Of a stretch of 62,379 nt of DNA, positions 28,320 through 37,989 are shown piece after piece. Position 1 is the first letter of the stretch. Every line of letters starts with the position of its first letter. The stretch lies in contig JBGSKU010000278.1 of assembly GCA_041741055.1 (NCBI GenBank), forward strand, positions 1 to 62,379, given 5' to 3'. Both the position numbers and the translations under genes were made by a program. Below the pieces are notes generated by a model. That model was given only the letters and a program-made list of their open reading frames with translations. It did no database searches and was not told the DNA's origin. This DNA comes from Hyphomonas sp. Lineage in GTDB: Bacteria; Pseudomonadota; Alphaproteobacteria; Caulobacterales; Hyphomonadaceae.

Positions 28320-29656
28320 TGCGGTGGAGCCGACTGCCGATGCCGGTCCGCTTCGGGCGCGGCGACTTCGCGTCGTATCGCAACATCCTCGCCCTGGTCG
28401 CGGCACTCACGCTGCTCCAGGGCGCAATGGCTTCTTTGGCTGTCGTCATGTCTTTGAACCTTCTGGCCAGCGGAGTCGCGACGGCCGGCATCGGCTTGGT
28501 TGCGTCAGCCTATTCGGCTGGATTTCTGGGCGGAACCCTGGTCGCGCCCCTCGAGATCGGGCGTATCGGTCATATCCGTGCTTTCACGTTGCTTGCGGGC
28601 ATCTGCGCACTGGTGGCTTTGGTTCTCCCATTGGCCGGCGGCGCCATCATTGGATGGGCGGTGCTGTTGGCTGTCGCGGGGGCCGGATCGGCCGGCATGT
28701 TGACCGCCGGTGAGAGCTGGATCGCGAATGCGGCGCCGCCCGATAAGCGCGGCGCGATCCTTGGTTTCTATCACATGGTTTCGAAGACGGGTGCGATCGC
28801 CGCGCCCTTTCTTGTGGCTGCCTCCCTATCAGGGCTCGGCGCATTCATGATCGTCGCCGCTTTGTTCGTTGCCGCCCTGTTGCCTATCGCGGCCACCAAC
28901 CGCAGCCAGCCAGAGCTCGTCGCCGCGCAACCGTTTGGCCCCCGGCGCCTGATGGCACTTGCGCCGGCATCCGTGTTTGCAGCTTTCAGTGCTGGCGCCG
29001 TCAACAATTCTGTCGCTCAGCTTTATCCTGTGTTCGCCGCGGGCGTCCGGCCGGACGATCCTGCCGGATTCGCCGCGCTGATGAATGGGGCGATCCTGCT
29101 CGGAGCCATGATCGGTCTATGGCCGATCGGTTTGCTCTCAGACCGGTTTGACCGGCGCGTGATCATTGCCAGCGCAGCGGGTATTGGTGCAGTGGCCGCT
29201 GCAGGAATAGCTCTGTCTACGGCGTTTTCAGCGCCCAGCTTCACGCTCTTGCTGGCCGCCGTCTTCGGGGCGGGGTCTCTGAGCTACTATGCGGTCGCAG
29301 TTGCGAACGCCGCCGATCGTGCGCGAACGGAAGATATCACATCGATGATGGCGGGCATCCTCGTCATCTGGGGGCTCGGCTCTGTCACCGGTCCGGTCGT
29401 TGCCGGCGTGATGATGCAATTGGTGCCGGGCGGCGGCGGTCTATTCGTCTTTGCTGCCATGGCGCTCACATGCCTCGCGCTGCTCTCGCTGTCTCGAATG
29501 GCGATCACGCCGCCAGTGCCACCCGCCGCACGCGCGCCCTTCAGCGTCTCGCCGGCGACAAGTCTCGCCATTGCTGAATTCGATCCACGCGGCGCCGACC
29601 AGCCCGATCTCTTTTCAGCGCCGGCTTCGCACGGCCAGCAGGAGCCTGCCTCATGA
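28316..29656 (+). CDS. MFS transporter coupled to the ect operon
   Basis: About 12 hydrophobic segments; GRIGHIRAF, ESWIAN, WPIGLLSDRFDRR; ATGA overlaps with ask and with the next gene. Confidence 0.88.
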   Translation: MMRWSRLPMPVRFGRGDFASYRNILALVAALTLLQGAMASLAVVMSLNLLASGVATAGIGLVASAYSAGFLGGTLVAPLEIGRIGHIRAFTLLAGICALVALVLPLAGGAIIGWAVLLAVAGAGSAGMLTAGESWIANAAPPDKRGAILGFYHMVSKTGAIAAPFLVAASLSGLGAFMIVAALFVAALLPIAATNRSQPELVAAQPFGPRRLMALAPASVFAAFSAGAVNNSVAQLYPVFAAGVRPDDPAGFAALMNGAILLGAMIGLWPIGLLSDRFDRRVIIASAAGIGAVAAAGIALSTAFSAPSFTLLLAAVFGAGSLSYYAVAVANAADRARTEDITSMMAGILVIWGLGSVTGPVVAGVMMQLVPGGGGLFVFAAMALTCLALLSLSRMAITPPVPPAARAPFSVSPATSLAIAEFDPRGADQPDLFSAPASHGQQEPAS

Positions 29657-31089
29657 TCGTCGCTGTCAGTTTCGTTCTCATCCTTGCGTTCTTCATGGCG
29701 GTCGGTCTCGCGTCGGGACGGAAGGCGACGGGCGCGCGCAAAGACTATTACCTCGCAAGTAGCAATGTCAGGCCTTGGCTGGCTGGGCTCTCCGCGGTGG
29801 CGACTAACAACTCCGGTTACATGTTCATTGGGGTGATCGGATTCACCTACCAAACCGGCTTGGCGTCGATCTGGCTCATGTTCGGCTGGATTCTGGGCGA
29901 CTTCCTCGGCTCCACGTTCATTCACAAACGGCTGCGACACGCGACTGCTGAGACTGGAGAGGCATCCTTTGCGTCAGTCATCGCTCGTTGGCATGGCGAG
30001 ACATTCGGTGTCTGGCGGCGGATTGCAGCAGCCGTGATGCTGATTTTCCTGATTGCCTATGCAGGGGCCCAGGTATCGGCTGGCGGAAAGGCGCTTGAGG
30101 GCGTCCTTGGCATTGATCCTCGCATCGGCGCGATTTCGGTCGCGGCCATGGTGCTAGTTTACTCCATAGTCGGTGGGATCCGTGCCTCCATCTGGACGGA
30201 TGGCGCCCAGTCCATTGCGATGCTGGCAGCCATGACCATCCTGTTCGTTGCGGGTTTGAATGGGCTGGGCGGTATCAACGGCACGCTGGCCGCCTGGCGT
30301 GAGGTCCCCGGCTTCCTCGATCTTTTTCCAGACGATCTGTTGCTGCCCGGCTTTGCCGGTGTCCGATTGTTCGTGCTGGGATGGTTGTTTGCCGGGTTCT
30401 CCGTAGTCGGCCAACCGCACGTGATGGTCCGGTTCATGGCACTCGACTCCGAAGGGAACATGGGCAGGGCACGAGCGTGGTACTACGGCTACTTCACTGT
30501 CTTCTACGCGCTGGCAACCGGCGTCGGTATGCTCTCGCGTATCTATCTCCCGGATCTGGCAAACCTCGACCCCGAACTCGCCCTGCCGCAAATGGCAGTT
30601 GAACTGCTTCCGCCCGTCCTTGTAGGCCTCATCCTCGCTGGCATCTTTGCGGCGACAATGTCGACGGCAGATTCGCTCGTCCTATCCTGTTCCGCTGCTT
30701 TCACGCATGATCTTGCGCCGCAACGTCTCGAAACGCCGGTCATGATGAAGCTTGCAACGTCGGTGTCGGTCACCATCGCTCTTTTGCTCGCGCTTTCCGA
30801 AAGCCGAAGCGTGTTCAGCTTGGTTATTCTGGCATGGTCAACGCTCGCGGCCGCTTTTGGGCCCTTGCTGGCGCTCTATGCATTGCGCCGGCGGGTTAGC
30901 GAACTCGCAGCCATTGGTATGTTGGCTGGAGGTGTCTTCATCGCACTCTTCTGGCGCTTCGGGCTCGGTTGGCACAATCAGATCTATGAGGGTTTACCGG
31001 CGATCAGCCTCGCCTTCGCATTTGGCTGGTTCGTTTCGAAACGTATCGACACATCGACAGGAACCGTTGGCGTCAACCAAATACGTTGA
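29653..31089 (+). CDS. Sodium:solute symporter (PutP/OpuE-like), probable compatible-solute importer
   Basis: DYYLAS, GLSAVATNNSG, GGIRASIWTD, GQPHVMVRFMA, FAATMSTADS. Resembles the ect-linked SSS importer called EctI, recalled from the literature. Confidence 0.88.
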   Translation: MIVAVSFVLILAFFMAVGLASGRKATGARKDYYLASSNVRPWLAGLSAVATNNSGYMFIGVIGFTYQTGLASIWLMFGWILGDFLGSTFIHKRLRHATAETGEASFASVIARWHGETFGVWRRIAAAVMLIFLIAYAGAQVSAGGKALEGVLGIDPRIGAISVAAMVLVYSIVGGIRASIWTDGAQSIAMLAAMTILFVAGLNGLGGINGTLAAWREVPGFLDLFPDDLLLPGFAGVRLFVLGWLFAGFSVVGQPHVMVRFMALDSEGNMGRARAWYYGYFTVFYALATGVGMLSRIYLPDLANLDPELALPQMAVELLPPVLVGLILAGIFAATMSTADSLVLSCSAAFTHDLAPQRLETPVMMKLATSVSVTIALLLALSESRSVFSLVILAWSTLAAAFGPLLALYALRRRVSELAAIGMLAGGVFIALFWRFGLGWHNQIYEGLPAISLAFAFGWFVSKRIDTSTGTVGVNQIR

Positions 31090-31282
31090 ATGGTCGACGT
31101 TCCGGCATAGCAAAAACCGGCTTGTACGGCACGAGCGTAGTCGGCCGGCCGACATGACGACGATTGAACGGCGCGTTCTGTTTACCTCGCCCGATGAAAG
31201 CTGTTGGCTTGGCCGACTGCCAAGGCCGCTATCCCGGGTGTAAAAAGCGGATTAGGTTTGTCCGAAAACAAGGGTGGACGAA

Positions 31283-32113
31283 ATGCGCTTTTCGATCATA
31301 GCTGCTTGTGTTTCATGCATTTTTTCAGTTTTTTTGCCTTGGCCGGGCGCGCTCCGGGCTGAAGCCACACCGGGCGATCAGAAAGCACAGGCCTTCGTTC
31401 GCGGGTTTGTGCGCTTCCTCGCCTATCATGAGGCAGGGCATATGCTGATGGGCCAGATTGCCGACATGAACCGGGATCCGGATTGGACGAATTCGGACCG
31501 GGAGGACTACGCTGACCGGTTCGCTATGATCCTGCTGGCGCCCGACGCAGGCGACCCCGACGGTATCGACGAAATCATCAGCGCGGCCGCAGGCTGGCTG
31601 CAGGTCGACAGCAGCATCATCCGCAATGAACCACATGCGCCTGCGCCTGTCCGGGCTCAGGAGATCCTTTGCCTGTTGTACGGAAGCGATCCGGAAAGCT
31701 TCGCCGAATTTGCAGAACTTGCGCCGTCAGACAGGGATTGCGCTGCGGACTATCAAGCCATCGAAGCGGACATTGATGAAGTCTTCAGGGACTATTCCGG
31801 CGAAACCGGACAAGAAATCAGAGTGGTGTATGGCCCGCCAGATGGCGGCATGCAGGCGGCGCGCGACTTCCTGGCCGAAAGCGGTGTTATGGAAGATCTG
31901 AAGTCTGACATCGAGTTAGACTTCTATCTAACGCATCCGACGACGATTCAGGCGGTGAGCTGCCGGGGTAAGGCGAAACCCGATACTTTCTATACGGATC
32001 GTGTGCGCGGTTCGACGCCGGATCAGGACCATTTCGTGATCAGCTTGTGCTACGAAATGATCGACGAGCGCTTGAAATACGGCATGCGCGGCTTCGAAGA
32101 CTCCGAGGAGTGA
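31283..32113 (+). CDS. Secreted HExxH metallopeptidase, DUF4344-like
   Basis: Signal peptide; YHEAGHML, REDYADRFA, H..A..R..EILCLLYGSDP, ISLCYEM. Confidence 0.75.
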   Translation: MRFSIIAACVSCIFSVFLPWPGALRAEATPGDQKAQAFVRGFVRFLAYHEAGHMLMGQIADMNRDPDWTNSDREDYADRFAMILLAPDAGDPDGIDEIISAAAGWLQVDSSIIRNEPHAPAPVRAQEILCLLYGSDPESFAEFAELAPSDRDCAADYQAIEADIDEVFRDYSGETGQEIRVVYGPPDGGMQAARDFLAESGVMEDLKSDIELDFYLTHPTTIQAVSCRGKAKPDTFYTDRVRGSTPDQDHFVISLCYEMIDERLKYGMRGFEDSEE

Positions 32114-32207
32114 GGTCGCTGCGGCGTAACCGATGAAAATATGGATGTTCGCCACTGAAGGTCTGCGATACTGTGGCCGACAGGGGTGTTCAACGAAAGG
32201 GACGCAA

Positions 32208-32567
32208 ATGAAAAATCTCAACAAGACTATCGCCTCGGCTTCTCTGCTGTTGGCAGTCTTCGGGACAATCGGAATTTCCGCTGCGCTGGCGCAGGGCGAC
32301 GAGGCGACGGCCGAGGAAGTCATCGAAGCCACTGACGAGACTGAAGACGTTGAAGCTTGCGTAGACGACATGGATTGCGCGACGGACGAGGCGGTCGAAG
32401 CTGTCGAAGCCGATGCGGTCGTCGAAGAGGAAGCGCCTGGTGCGGATGCGCCTGCGGCGCCTGAGGCTGCGCCGGCCGCCGGTGGCGAAGTTGTCGTTGT
32501 CCCTGGTTCAACGGAAGAGAGCCAACCGGGCGGCTCCACCCGGCCTGGCACGACACCGGACACCTGA
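32208..32567 (+). CDS. Small secreted, highly acidic low-complexity protein
   Basis: RBS AAAGGGA; signal peptide ending AALA|QG; mature part rich in E, D, A, V and P with one Cys pair. Confidence 0.7.
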   Translation: MKNLNKTIASASLLLAVFGTIGISAALAQGDEATAEEVIEATDETEDVEACVDDMDCATDEAVEAVEADAVVEEEAPGADAPAAPEAAPAAGGEVVVVPGSTEESQPGGSTRPGTTPDT

Positions 32568-32641
32568 TCGCATTTCGGCTGATGCGGTTTGACCCGCTGC
32601 AAAGGGCTAACTCAGCGGGCTTGGGAGTCTCGGGTCCCTGG

Positions 32642-32668
32642 GCCTGAAGTTCACATGCAACTTCAGGC
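32642..32668. terminator. Hairpin between convergent genes (possible bidirectional terminator)
   Basis: 10-bp perfect stem GCCTGAAGTT-cacatgc-AACTTCAGGC; no clear U-tract. Confidence 0.45.
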
Positions 32669-32719
32669 ACGGAGTTTTCGTCCTTCCGATTTGGTCAGTC
32701 GTCTGATGGTCTCAGGTGG

Positions 32720-35611
32720 CTAATGCGGTTTTCCGGTTATTGCGCGTCCGGAACACACGTCGCGATTCGCGACAGGCCATTCGGACTTCAACAGCTGATC
32801 CGTCGTTATCTGAAGCGGGGTGAAGTAGCGGCTCCGGGCGCCCAATAGATGTGTGCAGGCATCGGCAGTAAGTGTCTCCCAAGATTCGGTCAGACGCGCG
32901 ATGTCCCAGATCCGGACCTTGCCGTCGTCGCTCGCCAGAACGACCTGCCGGCCATCAGCAGAGAATGTTGCGCTGCGCACATTGCTTCCGAAGCTCGACA
33001 GGGTCCGCAAAAGGCGCCCGTTGTTGGCATCCCAGATGTTGGCTGTTTCGTCGAGATTGGCCGTCGCAATTCGTGTTCCATCCGGCGAAAACTGGACGCC
33101 GGAAACCCGTCCTCTGAAGCCGCCGAGCGAGAGCAGAACTTCGCCGGTCCGCGCGTCCCAAACTCGAGCCGTGCCGTCATCGCTGCCAGTCACAATGCGG
33201 GTGCCGTCGGGCGAATAGGCTGCCGCTCCGAGTCCGCCGAGATGCCCTTCGAGAGCAGAATTGATCTGGCTGCCGGTTACGGAGTCGAAAATCCGAGCGG
33301 TTCGGTCCTGGCCCGCGGTCACAACGTGCGTGCCGTCCGGCGAAAATTCGGCGCCGCGTACCTGATCGGAGTTGCCCTCAAGGTTTGCCAATAGCGCCCC
33401 GGTTTCAGCATCCCAGACCTTCGCGGTCTTGTCCTTGCTGGCGGTCACGATGCGGTCGCCCTGCCGCGAATAAGACGCGCTGTTCACCGCTGCAGCATGA
33501 CCATTGAGCTCAGCGATCACTTTGTCTTGCCGCCAATCCCAGATCTTGCTGGTGCCGTCTTCGCCGGCCGTGGCAACACGGCTCGCATCTGGAGAGAATG
33601 CGACGCCCGAGACGCCGCCTTTGTGCTTGGCAAGCGTGGCAACGCGTTGTTGGGTCGCTTTTTCCCACACCGATACGGTTCCATCTTGCACCGCGGTGAC
33701 AAGATAGGCGCCATCGCGCGACATCTCCGCGAAAGCAACCTGGTCGCCGCCGGCCTCGATTGTCGTGAGAAGTCTTCCGCGACGATCCCAGATCTTCGCC
33801 GAATAGTCCCCGCTAGCTGTTATGATCTTGTCGCCATCCGGAGAAAACGAGCCGGCACGGAGACGATCTTCGTGTCCGCGCAATGTGCGCTCCAGCGCGC
33901 CCGTCCGGGTATTCCAGAGCCTTGCGGTGGTGTCGTCGCTGATGGTTAGCAGCCAGCTTCCATCGGGCGAAAACCTGGCGTCCCGAACAGCTTGCGCATG
34001 GCCTTCAAGCCGGAACTTTTCCCTGCCGGTGATGCCGTCCCAAAGCCGCGCGCTGCCATCGCCGCTCGCCGTCGCGATCGTTTGCCCGTCAGGCGAAAAG
34101 TTCGCCGTCAGTACGCTGTCGAGGTGCCCCGTCAGCGGCGGCACCAATGGTCGTCCGGCTTTTGTGCTCCAGAGCCGGGCAGTCTGGTCGAAACTGGCTG
34201 TCACGATCCTTTCGCCGCTCGGCGAGAAACTGGCGCCGTAAATGGCACCATCGTGACCTTTCAATGTGTGAACGATCGTTCCGCTTGCTGTGTTCCAAAT
34301 CCGAGCCATTCCGTCGTCATGTGCCGTGAGGATCAAATCACCATCCGGCGAAAACGCAGCGGTCCAGACCGGGCCGGCATGTGCGCTTAATTCATGAATT
34401 TCTTCACCGGTCGCGGCTTGCCAGATTCGGGCGGTGCCATCGCGCGCGGCGGTCAGGACAAGGGTCCCATCGGGTGAAAACTGGATTGTCTGAAGCCCGT
34501 CGGTGTGTTTCTCGAACCGTTCAAGCGGCTCAAATGTGACCAGGTCCCAGATGATCGCGGTATGGTCCCTGCTTGCGGTTGCAAGGCGGGTCCCGTCGGC
34601 CGAAAAGGCAACAGCGCTCACGCGTGCGGAATGTGCATCCAGCGTATGGATCAACTCGCCCGACGCAGTGTTCCAGATTTTTGCCGTGCCGTCTTCGCTT
34701 GCCGTGACAGCGGTCAATCCGTCCGGCGAAAAGGCTGCAGCATATACCGGACCTTCGTGCATCAATGGCGCAAGCGTCTCGCCTGCCTCGAACATCGCGG
34801 CGCCCAGAGCGGCGTGATAGTCATTTTCGTGCTTTTCCGACAATTGCATGCCCGCCAAGGCGTAACGAGCTGATCCGAGTGTGTCTTCGTTTTCAAGACT
34901 CTGCCAGGCGCGTTCGGCAAAGAAAGCGGCGAGGTTGTCATGGGCCGTGCGGGCATTCTGGCGCGCTTGCAGTCCCATGAAAACCGCGGTCGCTGTCAGC
35001 ACGGCGAACACGGCGCTGAGTGTTGTCAGTCCAAGGAGCAATCGGCGCTGTCTCGCTTCCTCACGCCGGCGGTCGCGCTGCCATAGATCGTCAAAGTCTA
35101 CGTCGAGTAGTCCGGCTGCAAGCCGCGCGATCGCGCGGTCCTTACCATCCTTTCGAATGTCCAACCCCAGGGGTTCGATGGGCAGGTCGAGTTCGTCGTC
35201 CGGATTTTGTCGCCGCCTTAAAGCGGCCGGGAAGCATTCTGATTCCGGATCGCCGGAGTTCGGAACTCCGTCGATGATGAAAGCAAACACCTTGCCATCC
35301 CGGCCGCGGCGCCGGAACCGTTCAATCTCGGAAGCCACCCACTGAGACTGCGCAGAGCGCGGCGAGCAGATCACAATCATGCTCTCGGATTCGTCGATTG
35401 ATCGTTCGACGATTTCCGCGATGTTGGCCGCCGCAGCCATCTCTTCGTCGTCACGGAAGAAGCGGCCCAGCCGCTGGCCTTCAGCGAGGTCCCCTGACGT
35501 TTCGGCCGGAACGCGGTAACCCTCCAGCCAGCCATGCAGGCGTTTCCCCCAGATCTTGTCCTGTTGGGAATAGCTGATGAATGCGCGATAGGTTTTCGCC
35601 GTGTCGGTCAT
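32720..35611 (-). CDS. TIR domain - single TM helix - WD40 repeat protein
   Basis: TIR motifs YRAFISYSQQD, FFRDDEE, IVICSPRSAQSQWVASEI; TM LLLGLTTLSAVFAVLTATAVFMGL; 15 WD40 repeats (GH...FSPDG...TAS.D.TA.IW). Confidence 0.9.
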   Translation of the reverse strand: MTDTAKTYRAFISYSQQDKIWGKRLHGWLEGYRVPAETSGDLAEGQRLGRFFRDDEEMAAAANIAEIVERSIDESESMIVICSPRSAQSQWVASEIERFRRRGRDGKVFAFIIDGVPNSGDPESECFPAALRRRQNPDDELDLPIEPLGLDIRKDGKDRAIARLAAGLLDVDFDDLWQRDRRREEARQRRLLLGLTTLSAVFAVLTATAVFMGLQARQNARTAHDNLAAFFAERAWQSLENEDTLGSARYALAGMQLSEKHENDYHAALGAAMFEAGETLAPLMHEGPVYAAAFSPDGLTAVTASEDGTAKIWNTASGELIHTLDAHSARVSAVAFSADGTRLATASRDHTAIIWDLVTFEPLERFEKHTDGLQTIQFSPDGTLVLTAARDGTARIWQAATGEEIHELSAHAGPVWTAAFSPDGDLILTAHDDGMARIWNTASGTIVHTLKGHDGAIYGASFSPSGERIVTASFDQTARLWSTKAGRPLVPPLTGHLDSVLTANFSPDGQTIATASGDGSARLWDGITGREKFRLEGHAQAVRDARFSPDGSWLLTISDDTTARLWNTRTGALERTLRGHEDRLRAGSFSPDGDKIITASGDYSAKIWDRRGRLLTTIEAGGDQVAFAEMSRDGAYLVTAVQDGTVSVWEKATQQRVATLAKHKGGVSGVAFSPDASRVATAGEDGTSKIWDWRQDKVIAELNGHAAAVNSASYSRQGDRIVTASKDKTAKVWDAETGALLANLEGNSDQVRGAEFSPDGTHVVTAGQDRTARIFDSVTGSQINSALEGHLGGLGAAAYSPDGTRIVTGSDDGTARVWDARTGEVLLSLGGFRGRVSGVQFSPDGTRIATANLDETANIWDANNGRLLRTLSSFGSNVRSATFSADGRQVVLASDDGKVRIWDIARLTESWETLTADACTHLLGARSRYFTPLQITTDQLLKSEWPVANRDVCSGRAITGKPH

Positions 35612-35843
35612 GCCGCTGCACCTTACGCCCCTTCGTCCCAGCGTCAGGACATTAGGCTTGCAATCTCCAAAGTCAAAGGCGGGGGGCAAGTGCCTCGCCG
35701 GTTGTCCGCCGTGAGGAAGAACGAACTCCAGTCGGACAATTGCACTTTGGCTTCGCAGACGGTAACCGGGCGATTCGGGGCCGGAACAGTCAAGCGCTGG
35801 CGACCGGTCGACGAAACTCAAGCAACCTGTGATGTGATTTACA

Positions 35844-37979
35844 ATGCGTTTGCCCGTTCCACTGCTTTCGGTCGCTTTGCTGGCGGTCGCTGTCCCGTTC
35901 GCAGGATCGGAGCTGGCGCACGCTCAGGACGTTTCCGATGGTGCGGGCGAAGCGCGCTACGGTACCGTGATCGTGAATGCACGGCGGCGGGATGAGCCGA
36001 TAAACACCGTGCCGGAAACCCTTACGGTCTTTCAGCGCGACGATATCGAGCGCATGGGCATTACCAGCCTGAGGGACGTTGCCGATCTGACGCCCAACTT
36101 CACGCTGCTCGACAATTACAGGCCAGGACTGGAGCGCTTCCAGATCCGTGGTCTGATCACGCCTCAGGTGGGCGAGCCGCCTTTGGCGGTCCTTGTTGAC
36201 GGGATTACGGCGCCCGACGCGGAATTCATCAACCAGAACCTGTTCGACATCGCGCGGATCGAGGTGCTTCGCGGGCCTCAGGGGGCGATCTATGGACGCA
36301 GCGCCGTAGGCGGCGCGATCAATATCGTCACGGAAGCGCCGGCAGATACATTTCAGGCCAGCCTTCGCGGCACGCTTGCGAATGGTTCGACCCACGAAGT
36401 GTCGGCCACCGTGTCAGGCCCACTTGCTTCAGAAAAGGCCCGCTTCCGGCTCGGGGGCTACTACAACGAGAGTGACGGCTTTGTCGAAAATGCCTTCCTG
36501 GATGAGCCGGCCGACGCGTCACGTCAGCACGGTGTTGTCGGTCAGGTGAATTTCGACCTGGCCGCTGCAACGCGCCTGATGGCGCGTGCACAATATAGTC
36601 ACTCAGAAGATGGTATCGGATACTACAACGCGGTCGGCACGACGCGTGAATCCATTGAGAGCTTCGCGTTGCCCGTTTCGCAAAACGTGCTTGGCGACAG
36701 CGAGCGCCAGATCTTCCAGTTCAGCACCAAACTCGAACATGACTTCGAGGATGCAACCCTGTCTTTGGCAGGCGGATACTCCAAAGCGGATAACAATGGG
36801 ATCGCCGATGGCGATCTAATCGCCGCTCCAAGCGACGGCGTGACGTTCTTCCCGAACTGGCAGCAGGCCATCGATGCCTATGAGGCATGGACCATTGAAG
36901 CGCGGTTGACCTCACGTGGGGAAGGCAGGTTCAACTGGTCTCTTGGTAGCTTCTTTCAGGACAAGAGCCGCGTCAGCTCGTTCAGTGTGTATGACGACCC
37001 GACCGGAACGGACCGTCTTACCAGGTCAGACCTTTCGCCCGCCTTGCTGCTGTTTGCAATCCAGGACGACGGCGGCAGCCGCGCCTGGGCCGTCTCCGCA
37101 GAAGCGAGCTACGCAATCACGGATAGGCTGACGTTGAGCCTGGCCGGCCGGTTTGACGAGGACCACCGCCGGTCAGTCGATCCCCGCGATGTCGAAACGA
37201 CAGGCGCGAAAGCGGCTTTCCGCGAGTTCCAGCCGAAAGTATCGGTATCCTATCAGGCTGCCGACGACGTGCTTGTGTACGGAGGGTATTCGCGCGGATT
37301 CCGCAGCGGCGGCTTCAATGAATACAGCCCGGTTGTTTCGCGGCTTTTCAAGGCCGAAATTACGGACAGCTACGAACTGGGTGTGAAAGCTTCGGTTCTC
37401 GATGGACATCTGATGTTTGATGCGGCCGTTTTCCGGAACGAGCAGGACGACGCGCAGTTGACGCGGTTCAATCCTGACAGCTTCACATTGGAAAATGTCG
37501 GGATTGATCGCGTGCGGTCGCAAGGCGCCGAGCTGGAACTCAGCTTTCACCCGACTGATACGCTAGCTGTTAGGCTGGCGGCAGGAATCGTCGATTCCGA
37601 AATCCAGGCGTTCGCGCAGGATCCAACTCTTGTTGGCAAGAAAATGCCCTACGTTGCGGACTATAATACCGCCTTGTCATTCGAGTATGAAAAGCCGCTG
37701 AAAGGTGATCTGTTCCTGCTGGGCAACATCGCCTTCCGGACGGTCGGGCCTCGAAGCTTTGCGCTGGATTTTCCTGAACTGCGCTCTGCGCCGCATCAGT
37801 TTGTCGATCTCCGGCTGGGACTGCGTGGTTCTGATTGGAGCATTGTGGCCTTTGCCGACAACTTGTTTGATGAACGTCAGCCTGAGGACATTTTCGGGAT
37901 GTTCAATGGCGCCGTGGAGCTTGCCCGACAGCCCAACAAGCCGCGCCGCTACGGCGTCGAACTTCGCCGCGACTTCTAG
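35844..37979 (+). CDS. TonB-dependent receptor
   Basis: Signal peptide AHA|Q; TonB box TVIVNARRR; plug RIEVLRGPQGAIYGRSAVGGAINIVT; YSRGFRSGGFN; terminal Phe. Confidence 0.92.
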   Translation: MRLPVPLLSVALLAVAVPFAGSELAHAQDVSDGAGEARYGTVIVNARRRDEPINTVPETLTVFQRDDIERMGITSLRDVADLTPNFTLLDNYRPGLERFQIRGLITPQVGEPPLAVLVDGITAPDAEFINQNLFDIARIEVLRGPQGAIYGRSAVGGAINIVTEAPADTFQASLRGTLANGSTHEVSATVSGPLASEKARFRLGGYYNESDGFVENAFLDEPADASRQHGVVGQVNFDLAAATRLMARAQYSHSEDGIGYYNAVGTTRESIESFALPVSQNVLGDSERQIFQFSTKLEHDFEDATLSLAGGYSKADNNGIADGDLIAAPSDGVTFFPNWQQAIDAYEAWTIEARLTSRGEGRFNWSLGSFFQDKSRVSSFSVYDDPTGTDRLTRSDLSPALLLFAIQDDGGSRAWAVSAEASYAITDRLTLSLAGRFDEDHRRSVDPRDVETTGAKAAFREFQPKVSVSYQAADDVLVYGGYSRGFRSGGFNEYSPVVSRLFKAEITDSYELGVKASVLDGHLMFDAAVFRNEQDDAQLTRFNPDSFTLENVGIDRVRSQGAELELSFHPTDTLAVRLAAGIVDSEIQAFAQDPTLVGKKMPYVADYNTALSFEYEKPLKGDLFLLGNIAFRTVGPRSFALDFPELRSAPHQFVDLRLGLRGSDWSIVAFADNLFDERQPEDIFGMFNGAVELARQPNKPRRYGVELRRDF

Positions 37980-37989
37980 GCGTCGCGGT

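Noticed and set aside
31140-31153. 14-bp perfect palindrome GTCGGCCGGCCGAC
   Set aside because: Almost all G/C, no loop or U-tract, single copy; plausible by chance.
32900-34780. Recurring ~126-bp periodic similarity, considered as a CRISPR or tandem repeat
   Set aside because: Explained by degenerate WD40 coding repeats. There are no identical repeats with unique spacers and no cas genes.
35612-35821. N-terminal extensions given by the ORF track (TIR protein, also mnmH, DUF2126, ALDH, ectB, ArsR, 2971 ORF)
   Set aside because: Downstream starts coincide with domain boundaries and mostly have an RBS. The extensions run into intergenic regions, neighbouring genes or a terminator.
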